DNA of 64,000 nt from Octopus vulgaris. Lineage: Eukaryota. The DNA is taken from the NCBI GenBank assembly GCA_951406725.2, contig OX597843.1, positions 15,128,001 through 15,192,000 of the forward strand, given 5' to 3'. The notes below the pieces were generated by a model, which was not told the DNA's origin, searched no databases, and saw only the letters and a program-made list of their open reading frames with translations. The position numbers and the translations under genes were made by a program. Positions 51,985-64,000 of this stretch are shown piece by piece (position 1 is the stretch's first letter; each line of letters starts with the position of its first letter).

Positions 51985-52506
51985 TGTATGTATGTATGTA
52001 TGTATGTATATACATATTCTTTTAATTGTTTCGGTCAGTTGACTGCGGCCATGCTTTAGTCGAGCAAATCGACCCCAGGACTTATTCTTTGTAAGCCCAG
52101 TACTTATTCTATCGGTCTCTTTTGCCCAACCGCTAAGTTACGGGGACGTAAACAGCAACATCAGTAGTCAAGCGATGTTGGGCGGGGTGGGGTGGGGACA
52201 AACGGACTATAGGCTATAGTAGAAGACACCTGCCCAAGGTGCCACGCAGTGGGACTGAACCCGGAACCATGTGGTTGGTAAGCAGGCTACTTACCACACT
52301 GCCACTCCTTTGTTCTATTTCATTCCAGACTTGACTCCCTTCAATAAATTCTGACTCCAACAGGTGGTCAGCTGTCACAAAGTGGGGTCTGTTGACCCAA
52401 TTGATTAATTAATACTCCCTTCTTATGGGGGTCTTTTCACTGTTTCTCTTAATATTGTGTGTCACCTGAAACATTGGTATTTTCCTTCATTTGTTTGGGT
52501 TCCTTA

Positions 52507-52869
52507 TCTCTCTCTCTATATAAGGCAAAATATCTGCGTGTGTGTCCTTTATACAAATCCACAATTTTTCAGTTAGAGGGCTCACACTTTCTATGGTCTT
52601 TCAAAACTGTCCAAGGGTGGTCAGGCAAATCTTTACATTTCCCCAGTCACCCGCAAAGCCATTAAAAAATCAATAGAAGTGACTTTTTTGTGAATTTTCT
52701 ATCCTAAACCCAATCAAAATGCCCGAAACTTGATATGCCAATTGAATGCCAGCCAGCTGTATGTGATTGGTCGGAGATTTGGACAGTACTCGCGTGTATG
52801 TGTGCATGCACGCAGCTGTATATGCATGCACTAGCACTGTGACCCGGTGTTGCCGAGTCATAGTGCTAG
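52507..52869 (+). mobile_element. Non-autonomous Helitron
   Basis: A|TCTCTCTCTCTATATAAGGC start; terminal hairpin and CTAG|T end. Confidence 0.75.
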
Positions 52870-52929
52870 TATTCTATAATTTTAAACTTCTTTTCAAAAT
52901 ATTTCTTTCAAATTCCATGAATGATATTT

Positions 52930-53245
52930 TCGTCCTAAGCTCACTGCACGTGACCATCCCAGAGTGTCAAATTATCACACTTTCCCGCACGTGATTATTT
53001 CCAGGGTTTCTTCAACGCATAAGTTGTATACTCGTGAAGTTCTGTCATGTGCTGCAGCATTTTTCATAACGGACCAGTGGCTTGTGTATTCCACTCCATT
53101 CTGTTTCAGCTTCCGGACGAGGTTCGACAGAGATGTGGAGGGTTTTATTTATAAAGGAAAACGATGAGAGGTGATTTCTCAGACGATTTTTCATGCTGTC
53201 TGCGGTTCTACCAATGTAAACATATTTCTGCGTATTTGACTTCAC
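52930..53245 (-). pseudogene. Penelope-like GIY-YIG endonuclease relic
   Basis: [22 protein letters not shown], followed after frameshift by NLCVEETLEII. Confidence 0.7.
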
Positions 53246-53250
53246 CTCAT

Positions 53251-53625
<375 letters not shown>

Positions 53626-53661
53626 TAAACGTACTTTGAAATGGATGCCTGGCATTCAATC

Positions 53662-53697
<36 letters not shown>

Positions 53698-53769
53698 TGC
53701 ATACATACACACGCACACACACGCACACACACACACGCACACACACGCGCACACACACATATCGTCGTA

Positions 53770-54662
53770 AATCACCGCAAAGTGAAAATATTGGCTGATG
53801 ACACTAAGCTCCGGCAAATCCTCAATGAAGAAGAAGACCGAACTCAACTCAGGTCTGATCGATATGCTGTGAGTGAATGGGCAGGCAAAACCAAAGTGCA
53901 ACTGAAAGAGGGAAAATTTGAGCTGATGCATTTTGGAAGAAAGTCTATACTAAAACAGCCATACACTCTTCCTTCAGGGGAACCGCTCACAGCATCTAAT
54001 AATATCAGAGACCTGGGCGTAATTGTTGATGACAATCTCAGCTGGAGTGGCCACATCAATAATAGGGTCGAGATAGCTCGTAGGATGAGCTCCTGGATCT
54101 TAAGAGCCTTCCGATCCAGAGAACAAAGTGTCATCATTCCACCACTTTTATCCCCTTTTGTGCGGCCAAACCTCGAATACTGCTACCCCTCGTGGTCTCC
54201 CCATACAAAACGAATTGAAGGCATGACTGATCTCAATTATTGGGATCGCCTTAAAGCCTTGAAACTTTACTCTCTCCAGCGTCGCCGTGAGCGGTACATC
54301 ATTTGTACGATGTGGAGAATATACCGCCAACTTTGCCCAAACGACCTGAACATTAGTTTCAAGATTCATCCAAGACTGGGACCACGGGCCATAGGTCCCC
54401 TGCCCAATTCAGGATCACAACAGATATGTACACTGCAACATAATTTCTTTTCCTCAACAGGCCCTGCCCTATTTAACATTGTCCCGAAAGAGATCAAAGA
54501 GGAAAAGGATCCCATCAACTTTAAACGGAGTCTGGATAGATTCCTTCAAGGAAAACCAGATAAGCCACCCATAATTGGATACAACTCACCCAACAAAAAC
54601 TCACTACTTGAACAAAACTTGACTTAAACAGGATTTAGATAATCATATCAGGTGGTGCTATT
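53770..54662 (+). pseudogene. CR1-like LINE ORF2 3' fragment
   Basis: LADDTKL, RDLGVIVDDNL, VRPNLEYC and LYSLQRRRERY. Confidence 0.88.
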
Positions 54663-54747
54663 AACGAGCAAGAAAAAACAATAACGTGAGGACGTGGAAT
54701 AAGTATAGTGTTATTGAACGCTCAGAAAAGGAAAGGAAAGAGAGAGG

Positions 54748-54782
54748 ATTTGACGTTTCGAGCGGAGCTCTTCATCAGAAAT
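54748..54782 (-). ncRNA. Minimal type I HHR with intact core and GUC site (family A element 54665-54850)
   Basis: auuu-CUGAUGA-A-gagc-ucc-gcuc-GAAA-cg-UC-aaau. Confidence 0.82.
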
Positions 54783-55022
54783 ATAGAAAAAGTCCAAAGA
54801 AGGGAAGACAGAGAAAGAAAATCACCAACGATACACACGCGGTCACATATTGAAAAAAGAATATATATTTGGAAATGGATGCGTGGCGTTCAATCATATA
54901 ATAATGTATATATGTATATGCATATATACATACATACATATACATATATATAGGTGTGTATGTATATATATATATGTGTGTGTGTATATATATATGTATA
55001 TATATATATATATATATGTACA

Positions 55023-55062
<40 letters not shown>

Positions 55063-55067
55063 TATAT

Positions 55068-56288
55068 AAAGTCGACCATGGTATGATCTGTCACAAACTG
55101 CGTGGTCTCGGCATAGGCGGAAAACTTGGAGAGTGGCTGCACAACTTCCTAAAAGACAGAAGACAGGCAGTTGTGAGCAATGGAGCCACCTCCAAGGAAA
55201 CACAAATAACAAGCGGTGTCCCACAGGGCACTATCTTGGGGCCACTGCTGTTCATAGTGGCCCTTTCAGACATGCCTTCAGTTGCTACGATGGCCACCCT
55301 TGCTAGCTATGCAGATGACACAAAAGTCTCCCACACAATACAAAACCCTGAAAATATTGCGCATCTGCAACAGGAGTTGGACACAATATACAGGTGGGCT
55401 GAGGACAACAACATGCAGTTTAATGCAGATAAGTTCCAGGCCCTGCGCTACCGGCACACAAAGGTAAACGACGTGCAGACTGGATACACTGGCCCAGGAA
55501 GAATTGCAATCCCTGAGTCAAAATCAGTGCGTGACCTGGGCATTGACATGAGCAATGATGCATCTTTCCAAGTGCATATTACTAATCTAGTGATAAAATG
55601 CAGACGGCTAGCTGGATGGATTCTCCGAACTTTCAGAACAGGAGAGAAGGAGACACTGATGGTCCTATGGAAAACATTCGTCCTCAGCCGCTTTGACTAC
55701 TGCTCCCAACTATGGTCACCACACAATATAAAACTAACAGCAGAACTCGAAGCAATTCAGAGAAGCTACACAAAGAAGATCGTCTCAATGCAAAATATCA
55801 GCTACAGGGAAAGACTGAAAATATTAAACCTCTTCTCCCTAGAGCGGAGGCGGGAGAGATATGCGGTGATATACATCTGGAAAATCCTGGAGGGTCTTGT
55901 CCCAAACTTTGGCATTCAAAGTTACCCCAACCGCAGAACGGGGCACCACTGCATGGTGCCAAGGATTCCAACATCACCATCAAAATACAGGTCCAGATAC
56001 TGCAACAGCTTGGGTTTCAGAGGACCACAGCTCTTTAACATCCTCCCTAAATGCCTGAGAGACTTGCATGGTGTGGATGTGGGTTTCTTTAAAACTAAAC
56101 TGGATCTCTTCTTGTCGGGGGGTCCCAGATGAACCTACCTCACGACAAGAGACGCGGATGCGGGTAGCAGCAGCATCGAACTCCCTTGTTGATCAAGTCG
56201 ATTCACATATTAGTGTAGCTTATTCAGCGGTGGTGCTCCAGCATGGCCGCGGCCTTCGGGCTAAAACATTTTAAAGGATTTAAGGATA
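55068..56288 (+). mobile_element. 5'-truncated CR1-like LINE with RT frame (to 56132) and 3' UTR
   Basis: KVDH, SGVPQGTILGPLLF, YADDTK, VRDLGI and LFSLERRRERY; tail ttaaaggatttaaggat. Confidence 0.92.
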
Positions 56289-56798
56289 TATATATATGTA
56301 TATACCTGCATATATGGGTACAGGACGTCACAAAATGTCGTTTGATTTGTTGTATGTCTCCACTGTTCTGTTTTTGTTACCAGCTTTGCCCCTCAGCAAA
56401 TCCCAAATTTTATTTTGGTTCGCGGGAGCAACTGCCTTTCGAAGCCTTATATTGTCGCTAATTGCTCGAAATGCGGAGTAGATGGACGGCCGACAACTGA
56501 TGAAGGGTCGTTCTTTATGTTACTTGCCTTGTTTTCCATTTGTTTCGTTGTTCGCATGCTCAAGTTTGCCTTCGTATTTCATGTTGGTTACGTTTTCTGA
56601 CGTCCTCTACCCATTAATGCATATACATATCCGTGGAATAAGCTGCCGGACGAGATAGTGAAGATGCCGACGACCGCTCGGTTCAAAGTCTCCCTTGACC
56701 ACAAATGGCCTGAACTCTTTGCATGAACACCCTAACTGTACATAACTCCATGTCCCCCTACATGGCTTTGCTTTTTGCTTTTTGAGCCAAAAAATTAA

Positions 56799-56862
<64 letters not shown>

Positions 56863-56863
56863 C

Positions 56864-56919
<56 letters not shown>

Positions 56920-57111
56920 GTATATATATACATATATACATATATATGTATATGTATATACATACATACATACATATATGCATATATATACATATATATA
57001 TGTATGCATGTATATATATGTATGTATATATGCATATATGCATATTTTATTTACATCATATATATATGTACACACACACACACACATACATATATACACA
57101 CATACATACAT

Positions 57112-57145
<34 letters not shown>

Positions 57146-57211
57146 GTATGTATATATACACACATACACACACACATATATACACACTTATATACATATA
57201 TACACACATAC

Positions 57212-57251
<40 letters not shown>

Positions 57252-57411
57252 ATAAATATATATATTTACATATATACAAACACACACACACGCATATATA
57301 TATATATATATATAAATATACATACACGTAGGTACATATATACATATAATATATACATATATATACAAACACACATATATGTGTTTGTGTGTGTTTGTGT
57401 TTGTGTATGTG

Positions 57412-57478
<67 letters not shown>

Positions 57479-57579
57479 GTGTGTGCATACCAAATTCGCC
57501 CATCGCTGTCCTTCAGCACGTGCAGCTTCCTGCTTAGGTACAATATCCTGCTGAAATCCAAACTGAATCTTACTGTTTA

Positions 57580-57900
57580 CATCATCATCAGCATCATCAT
57601 CAGCATCATGATTATTCATTACCACCACCACCACCTCCACCCCCGCCTCCCACCACCATCATCATCATCATCATCATCATCTTCATCATGATTATTCATT
57701 ACCAGCACCACCAACACAATAGTAATAATAATAATAATAATAATCATCTTCATCGTTACCACCACAATCATCATCATTATCATCAACATTTTCACCACCA
57801 CCACCACCACCACCACCACCACCACGACTACCAACATCACTACAAATATTATCATTATTATTAGAACCAGCACCATCATCATCATCATCATCATCATATA
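57580..57900. repeat. Compound CAT/CAC/AAT trinucleotide tract
   Basis: Direct inspection. Confidence 0.9.
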
Positions 57901-58310
57901 TATATATATATTTGTTGGCGTCATTTCTTGGAAGATGTCTTCAAATTGAGGGACACACCCAGTCTATCCAGTAAACACACGCACACACACACACGCACAC
58001 ACAAACACACACACACACACAGAGGCATGCACTCAATTTATTTCACAATTAATTTTAAAGGGACCGGAATTATTTTTTGTCTGCAGACATTCAGTTGTGG
58101 CAACGACGTAGGTTCGAGTTGGGTCACCGTCCGTGTGGAACCTTCGGCTTACAGGTCTGTTTTGTGATGGCTTCCAGTTGAACGATGCCTTCTGAAAGAA
58201 GTATCTAAGACGGAAACTGTACGGAAGCTCGTCTGTGTTTATGTGTATGTAATAAGAGGTATATATATGTATATATATATTAGTATATATATGAGTATAT
58301 ATATATATGA

Positions 58311-58342
<32 letters not shown>

Positions 58343-58348
<6 letters not shown>

Positions 58349-58479
58349 TATATAGAAGGAGCTTCTACAGGACTAGTACTGTTTCATTCAAGAGAAATCT
58401 TCAGGAAGCTCAGCTTCCTGAAGATTTCTCTTGAATGAAACAGTACTAGTCCTGTAGAAGCTCCTTCTATATAATAAAT
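58343..58479. mobile_element. Perfect palindrome (68-bp arms, 1-nt spacer at 58411) with a type I HHR on each strand
   Basis: Plus strand 58412-58462: agcuuc-CUGAAGA-uuuc-ucuu-gaau-GAAA-cag-uacuaguc-cug-UA-gaagcu. Confidence 0.88.
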
Positions 58480-58546
58480 TAATTTTACTCTGCTATGTAT
58501 TGAGTACCTTACTTACTGTGGTTAACCCCGAATCAACCCGGGACCT

Positions 58547-58638
<92 letters not shown>

Positions 58639-58965
58639 ATGTTTGTGTGCCTGTGTGTGTGTGTGTTTGTCCTCCCCCGCCATCGCTTCACAACCGATGT
58701 TGGGTAGTTTATGTCGCTATAACTTAACGTTTGGCAAAGAGAAAGAGGGAGAGAGAGAGAGAGATAGAAAACGGTGAAGGAGAGAAAAGGGAATTAGAGA
58801 AGGATAGGGGAGAGTTATAGAGAACAGTCGCATTTCCACACACACACATATATGTATGTATGTGTGTGTGTGTGTGCGTGTGTGTGTGTGTATACCGGGT
58901 GCTCAGGCTAAACTTGACGATTTTTTGTCTGTCTTTTCAGGAGCAACTTGAAGTATTAGTATATA

Positions 58966-59125
<160 letters not shown>

Positions 59126-59494
59126 CATATATATATATTTCTTTACTACCCACAAGGGGCTAAACACAGAGGGGACAAACAAGGACAGACAAAGGGATTA
59201 AGTCGACTACATCGACCCCAGTGCGTAACTGGTACTTAATTTATCGACCCCGAAAGGATGAAAGGCAAAGTCGACCTCGGCGGAATTTGAACTCGGAACG
59301 TAACGACAGACGAAATACGGCTACGAATTTCGCCCGGCGTGCTAACGTTTCTACCAGCTCGCCGCCTTTTATATACACACATATATATACACGTATATAC
59401 ACATATATATATACACATATATACATATATATATATATATACATATATATATAAGTATATATATATATCTATATCTATATATATATATACACAC

Positions 59495-59678
<184 letters not shown>

Positions 59679-59859
59679 AACGGTGTTGGAGAGCATAAAG
59701 ATTAAAGTTGTTGAGAAAAAGTTATGCGATATGGCGAGCTGGATGCCATCTGAATATAGGGAAAGAGCTCCTCGTATCCATGAGGATTTGTGCCGGGTGT
59801 CAAAATGTGGACATTAATGACTGTTGCTTAATGCACTGTGGACGCTGTCGAGGCCATAA

Positions 59860-60190
59860 TCCATTGACAACTGCAACAAAGACAAAGAAGCGGTGGTCAG
59901 CATGAAGGAGCACAACAGGCGTTCTGGTTACATCAGTAGGTTGGAAGTCTTCCGGCAACTGCTGGATAAGCTGATGGAAGACCCAAGCGAGGGAATTCGG
60001 GCTTTGGCGCGAGAGATGCGTGTTGGGGTTGCCACCATTAAGCTGGACCTGAATGTGGACCTTCGCTACCACTCGTAGAATAGGCGCAAGGGACAGCTAA
60101 GGTGGAGGCCAAGGGGAATTGCTTGATGAAGGCAATGAAGATCCGAAATAAGCTGAGGCGTCCTGTTGAGTTGGGGATGATCCTGCCAGG
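59860..60190 (+). pseudogene. Tc1/mariner-family transposase HTH relic
   Basis: EDPSEGIRALAREMRVGVATIKLDLNVDLRYHS resembles a transposase helix-turn-helix. Confidence 0.55.
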
Positions 60191-60692
60191 ACCAGTTGCA
60201 CAACACGGCTCGATCAAAAGTTGAAAGACCAGTTCCTGTTCAATATACATTTTATAAAATTGTCAATAACTAATCATTCGGTACAAGTGCCATATTCGTA
60301 GCCTGGAAGATAGCAGAAAGAGAGGAGGTGAAATTAATATGATTTGAATGTCGCAGGAAAGAGTCGCAACACGGCAGGATACGTGGTTGTAAGCCATGGA
60401 TGAAATGATTGGATAACATCACAGTTGGGAATCTAGTTGGAAAAATCTAATGACTGTTGTTTCTGGTAGGACCCAAATAGAGGAGGTGCCTGAAGATTCT
60501 ACTCCACGATCCTCCCAGTAATAGTGTGTGGAAAAGACGAGTTCCTGCTGTAATTCCGCCGCCCTGTCATCGCACCGCTCAGAACCCAAGGAAGCTGAAC
60601 TTTCGTGATACGAAAATATCTAAACTGGCTTTAATTCTGAGATTCTTTCAAGACGAAGGGCGTCTTTCATTCATGGAGATTGCAACTATCCA

Positions 60693-60794
<102 letters not shown>

Positions 60795-61235
60795 ACAGTC
60801 TGTCTGCCTGGCTGTCTTCATAATCTCTTGTTTCAGTCATTAGACCGCGACCATGCTGGAGCACTGCCTTGAAAAACTTTAATCAACTCTAGTTCTTAAT
60901 TTTGACACGCCTGGTATTTATTCCATCGGTTCTTTTGTACAACCGCTAAGTGACTGGGATACAAACACAGCAATTGCCAAGCGGTGGCCAGTGGGGACAC
61001 AGACACACAGCCATGGGCTCAGACAATTCCCCACGTGACAGATGCTAGTCCGTTACACAGTTTCTCATTTTGTGCCAGCTGACTGTACAGGAGCAACGTG
61101 AAACGAAGGGTCTTGCTCAAGGAGACAACCCGTTGCCCGGTCCAGGAATCGAAATACGGCCTGACGATCATGAAATCAACACCCTAACCACTAAGCCACG
61201 CGCCTCCACTATATATGCATGTATGTGTGTGTGTG

Positions 61236-61346
<111 letters not shown>

Positions 61347-61574
61347 TGTACACTTTGATGTGGATATATATATATATATATATATATGTATATTCCATTA
61401 TATAGATTTGATTAACTGTAACCTTATGTGTATGTATATTCTTATATATATGTATATGTAGGTGTATATACACTTATGTGTATATGTATATATGTATATA
61501 TGCTTATTCTTATATATGTATACTTTCTTTAATATTCATATTTGCATTTTATATCTTTATAATTGTACTTTATA

Positions 61575-61591
61575 ATCTCTGACGAGGCCTT

Positions 61592-61627
<36 letters not shown>

Positions 61628-61970
61628 TAACAATAAAGGGTGAAATTAATTAATTTGGAATAATTATCAATTACACCAAGTAGATTTCGGCATGTAAAAG
61701 CCTCATTCGAGGAAAATTTAAGTAATACTAAGCAATTAAGGGTTTAGCAAACGAATTGCCTCACCACACACCGAATTTAGAAATAGCAGTCAAAGAGTTA
61801 TAGCTATTCTTTCTACTAAAAGGGAGATCTCAGTAAAAATACAGTTGTATTTTTGCTGTATTTTTACTGAAATCTCCCTTTTAGTAGAAAGAATAGCTAT
61901 AACTCTTTGACTGCTATTTCTAAATTCGGTGTGTGGTGAGGCAATTCGTTGCTAAACCCTTAATTGCTTA

Positions 61971-62009
<39 letters not shown>

Positions 62010-62102
62010 TAACTCATTTTTAACTGTATATTACCTCAATACATCTGACTAATATGGGCATAATGAGATACTCTTATCTACAGGCTGAAACAGCTGTAAG
62101 AT
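61575..62102 (+). ncRNA. Split type I HHR with a large loop II insertion
   Basis: aucu-CUGACGA-ggccu (61575-61590) ... aggcu-GAAA-cagcug-UA-agau (62082-62102). Confidence 0.65.
61630..61974. mobile_element. Family B fold-back mini-element, ~119-bp arms 61725-61844 and 61856-61974
   Basis: Near-perfect inverted repeat bounded by (TA)n. Confidence 0.85.
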
Positions 62103-62286
62103 CCATTTTATATGAATTATTCTTATGGTATTATCTTACTTATTGATGTATAATCTTTTATTATGTCTTATTCTGTTGGATTTGGATGTTCTTATTTAAT
62201 CTAAATAATTAGTTAATAAATTATATGAATTGGTATTATCTGGAAGTTGATGATTGAAAGAAATCCATTTCTCCATTTTCTTATTT

Positions 62287-62348
<62 letters not shown>

Positions 62349-62669
62349 TACACACACACACAAACACAGACACATACACACACACATATACACACACACA
62401 TATATATATATATATATAATTCATACGTGTGAGTGTGTGTGTGCGTATGAAGTATGTACACAGAGGTAGAGACGAGCTAATACATGTTTTGTGCTGGACA
62501 AAAGACCCCGGATAATGGACATTGTATTTCGCCAGTCGAGCGATGAGTGTCTGTCTGTCTGTCTGTATGTCTGTGCGTTTGTGTGTTGCACCATCTCCCT
62601 TTTGCATGTATGGTGCAGCATGTGCATGCGTGCTTGTATGCATATGAGTGTGTGCGTTCACGCATTTAA

Positions 62670-62703
<34 letters not shown>

Positions 62704-62762
62704 ATATATATATGTATGTATGTATATATATATATGTATGTATGTATATATATATATGTATG

Positions 62763-62816
<54 letters not shown>

Positions 62817-63038
62817 TACATATATATGTATATATACATATATATGTATATATATATACATACATACAAATGTATACATGTACGCATATGTACATACATG
62901 CATATATATATATATATATGCATATATATGAATATATATATATACATACACACATACAAATGTATACATATATACATATATATATGTATAAATGTATATA
63001 CATATATACGTATATAAATATATATGCATATATATATA

Positions 63039-63106
<68 letters not shown>

Positions 63107-63334
63107 CATATTCATGTGTATTATATGTATGTATGTGTATATATATACACACATACATATCTATGTATGTACATACGTATATGTATATAAACACACACAC
63201 ACATATGGGTATCTGTCTGTGTGTCCAGCGAATCTTACTCTCTCTCTCTCTCTCTCTCTCCTACTGTCTCCTGATGCCGTCAATAAAATTGGTCAACAGC
63301 CAGAATTTACATATTCTATTACCTGCCATCTACG

Positions 63335-63522
63335 TGATGGCGATGATGATGATGATCATGATCATCATCATCGTCGTCGTTGTCATCATCATCATCATCA
63401 TCGTCATCATCGTCATCATCGTCATCGTCATCATCATCATCGTCATCATCGTCATCATCGTCATCGTCATCATCATCATCACCACCATCATCATCATCAT
63501 CATCATCATCGTCATCGTCATC

Positions 63523-63555
<33 letters not shown>

Positions 63556-63610
63556 GTTATCTTCATCATCATCATCATCATCGTCATCGTCATCATCATC
63601 ATCATCATCG

Positions 63611-63648
<38 letters not shown>

Positions 63649-63721
63649 GTCATCATCGTCATCATCATCATCACCACCATCATCATCATCATCGTCGTCA
63701 TCATCACTGTCATCATCACTG

Positions 63722-63753
<32 letters not shown>

Positions 63754-64000
63754 GTCATCGTCATCTTCATCTTCATCACCACCATCATCATCATCATCAT
63801 CATCGTCATCGTCATCTTCATCATCATCATCATCATCATCATCATCGTCATCATCATCATCGCCATCGTCATCTTCATCATCGTCATCATCGTCATCGTC
63901 ATCATCATCATCACCACCATCATCATCATCATCATCGTCATCATCTTCATCTTCATCACCACCATCATCATCATCATCATCATCGTCATCATCATCATCT
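63335..64000. repeat. (CAT)n tract with CGT/CAC/CTT interruptions, runs off the window end
   Basis: Direct inspection. Confidence 0.97.

Noticed and set aside
56420-56512. Type II hammerhead (GAAA before CUGAUGA); similar layout at 22540-22600
   Set aside because: Stems I and III do not pair convincingly
58920-58960. Splice acceptor and micro-exon (ttttcag|gagcaacttgaa); similar acceptor near 13281
   Set aside because: No credible donor or coding context; needs RNA-seq

Overview
Eukaryotic, AT-rich, microsatellite-saturated DNA that is almost entirely repeat-derived. The tRNA-derived SINE families match those I recognise from Octopus (OR/OK-type), so a coleoid cephalopod intergenic or intronic region is inferred. 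I found no host protein-coding exon I can support; most ORF-track entries are translations of microsatellites. Content: three Helitrons (one with PIF1 helicase relics), RTE, CR1-like, L1/Tx1 and R4/Dong LINE fragments, Penelope-like (GIY-YIG) relics, Tc1/mariner and pogo relics, a hAT MITE, many SINEs, and two minisatellites grown from LINE 3' segments (7 x 158 bp and 22 x ~123 bp). The most notable unannotated signal is RNA-level: about 12 type I hammerhead ribozyme (HHR) motifs read by eye. They include (i) a ~355-nt retrozyme-like unit present as circularly permuted 1.3-mer and 1.5-mer copies, (ii) fold-back mini-elements sitting in (TA)n tracts, one a perfect 68-bp palindrome with an HHR on both strands, (iii) compensatory G3:C8 and U3:A8 core variants, and (iv) an HHR whose loop II holds a ~490-nt insertion. 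Ribozyme activity is inferred from motif and pairing only. Coordinates were counted manually and may be off by a few bases.
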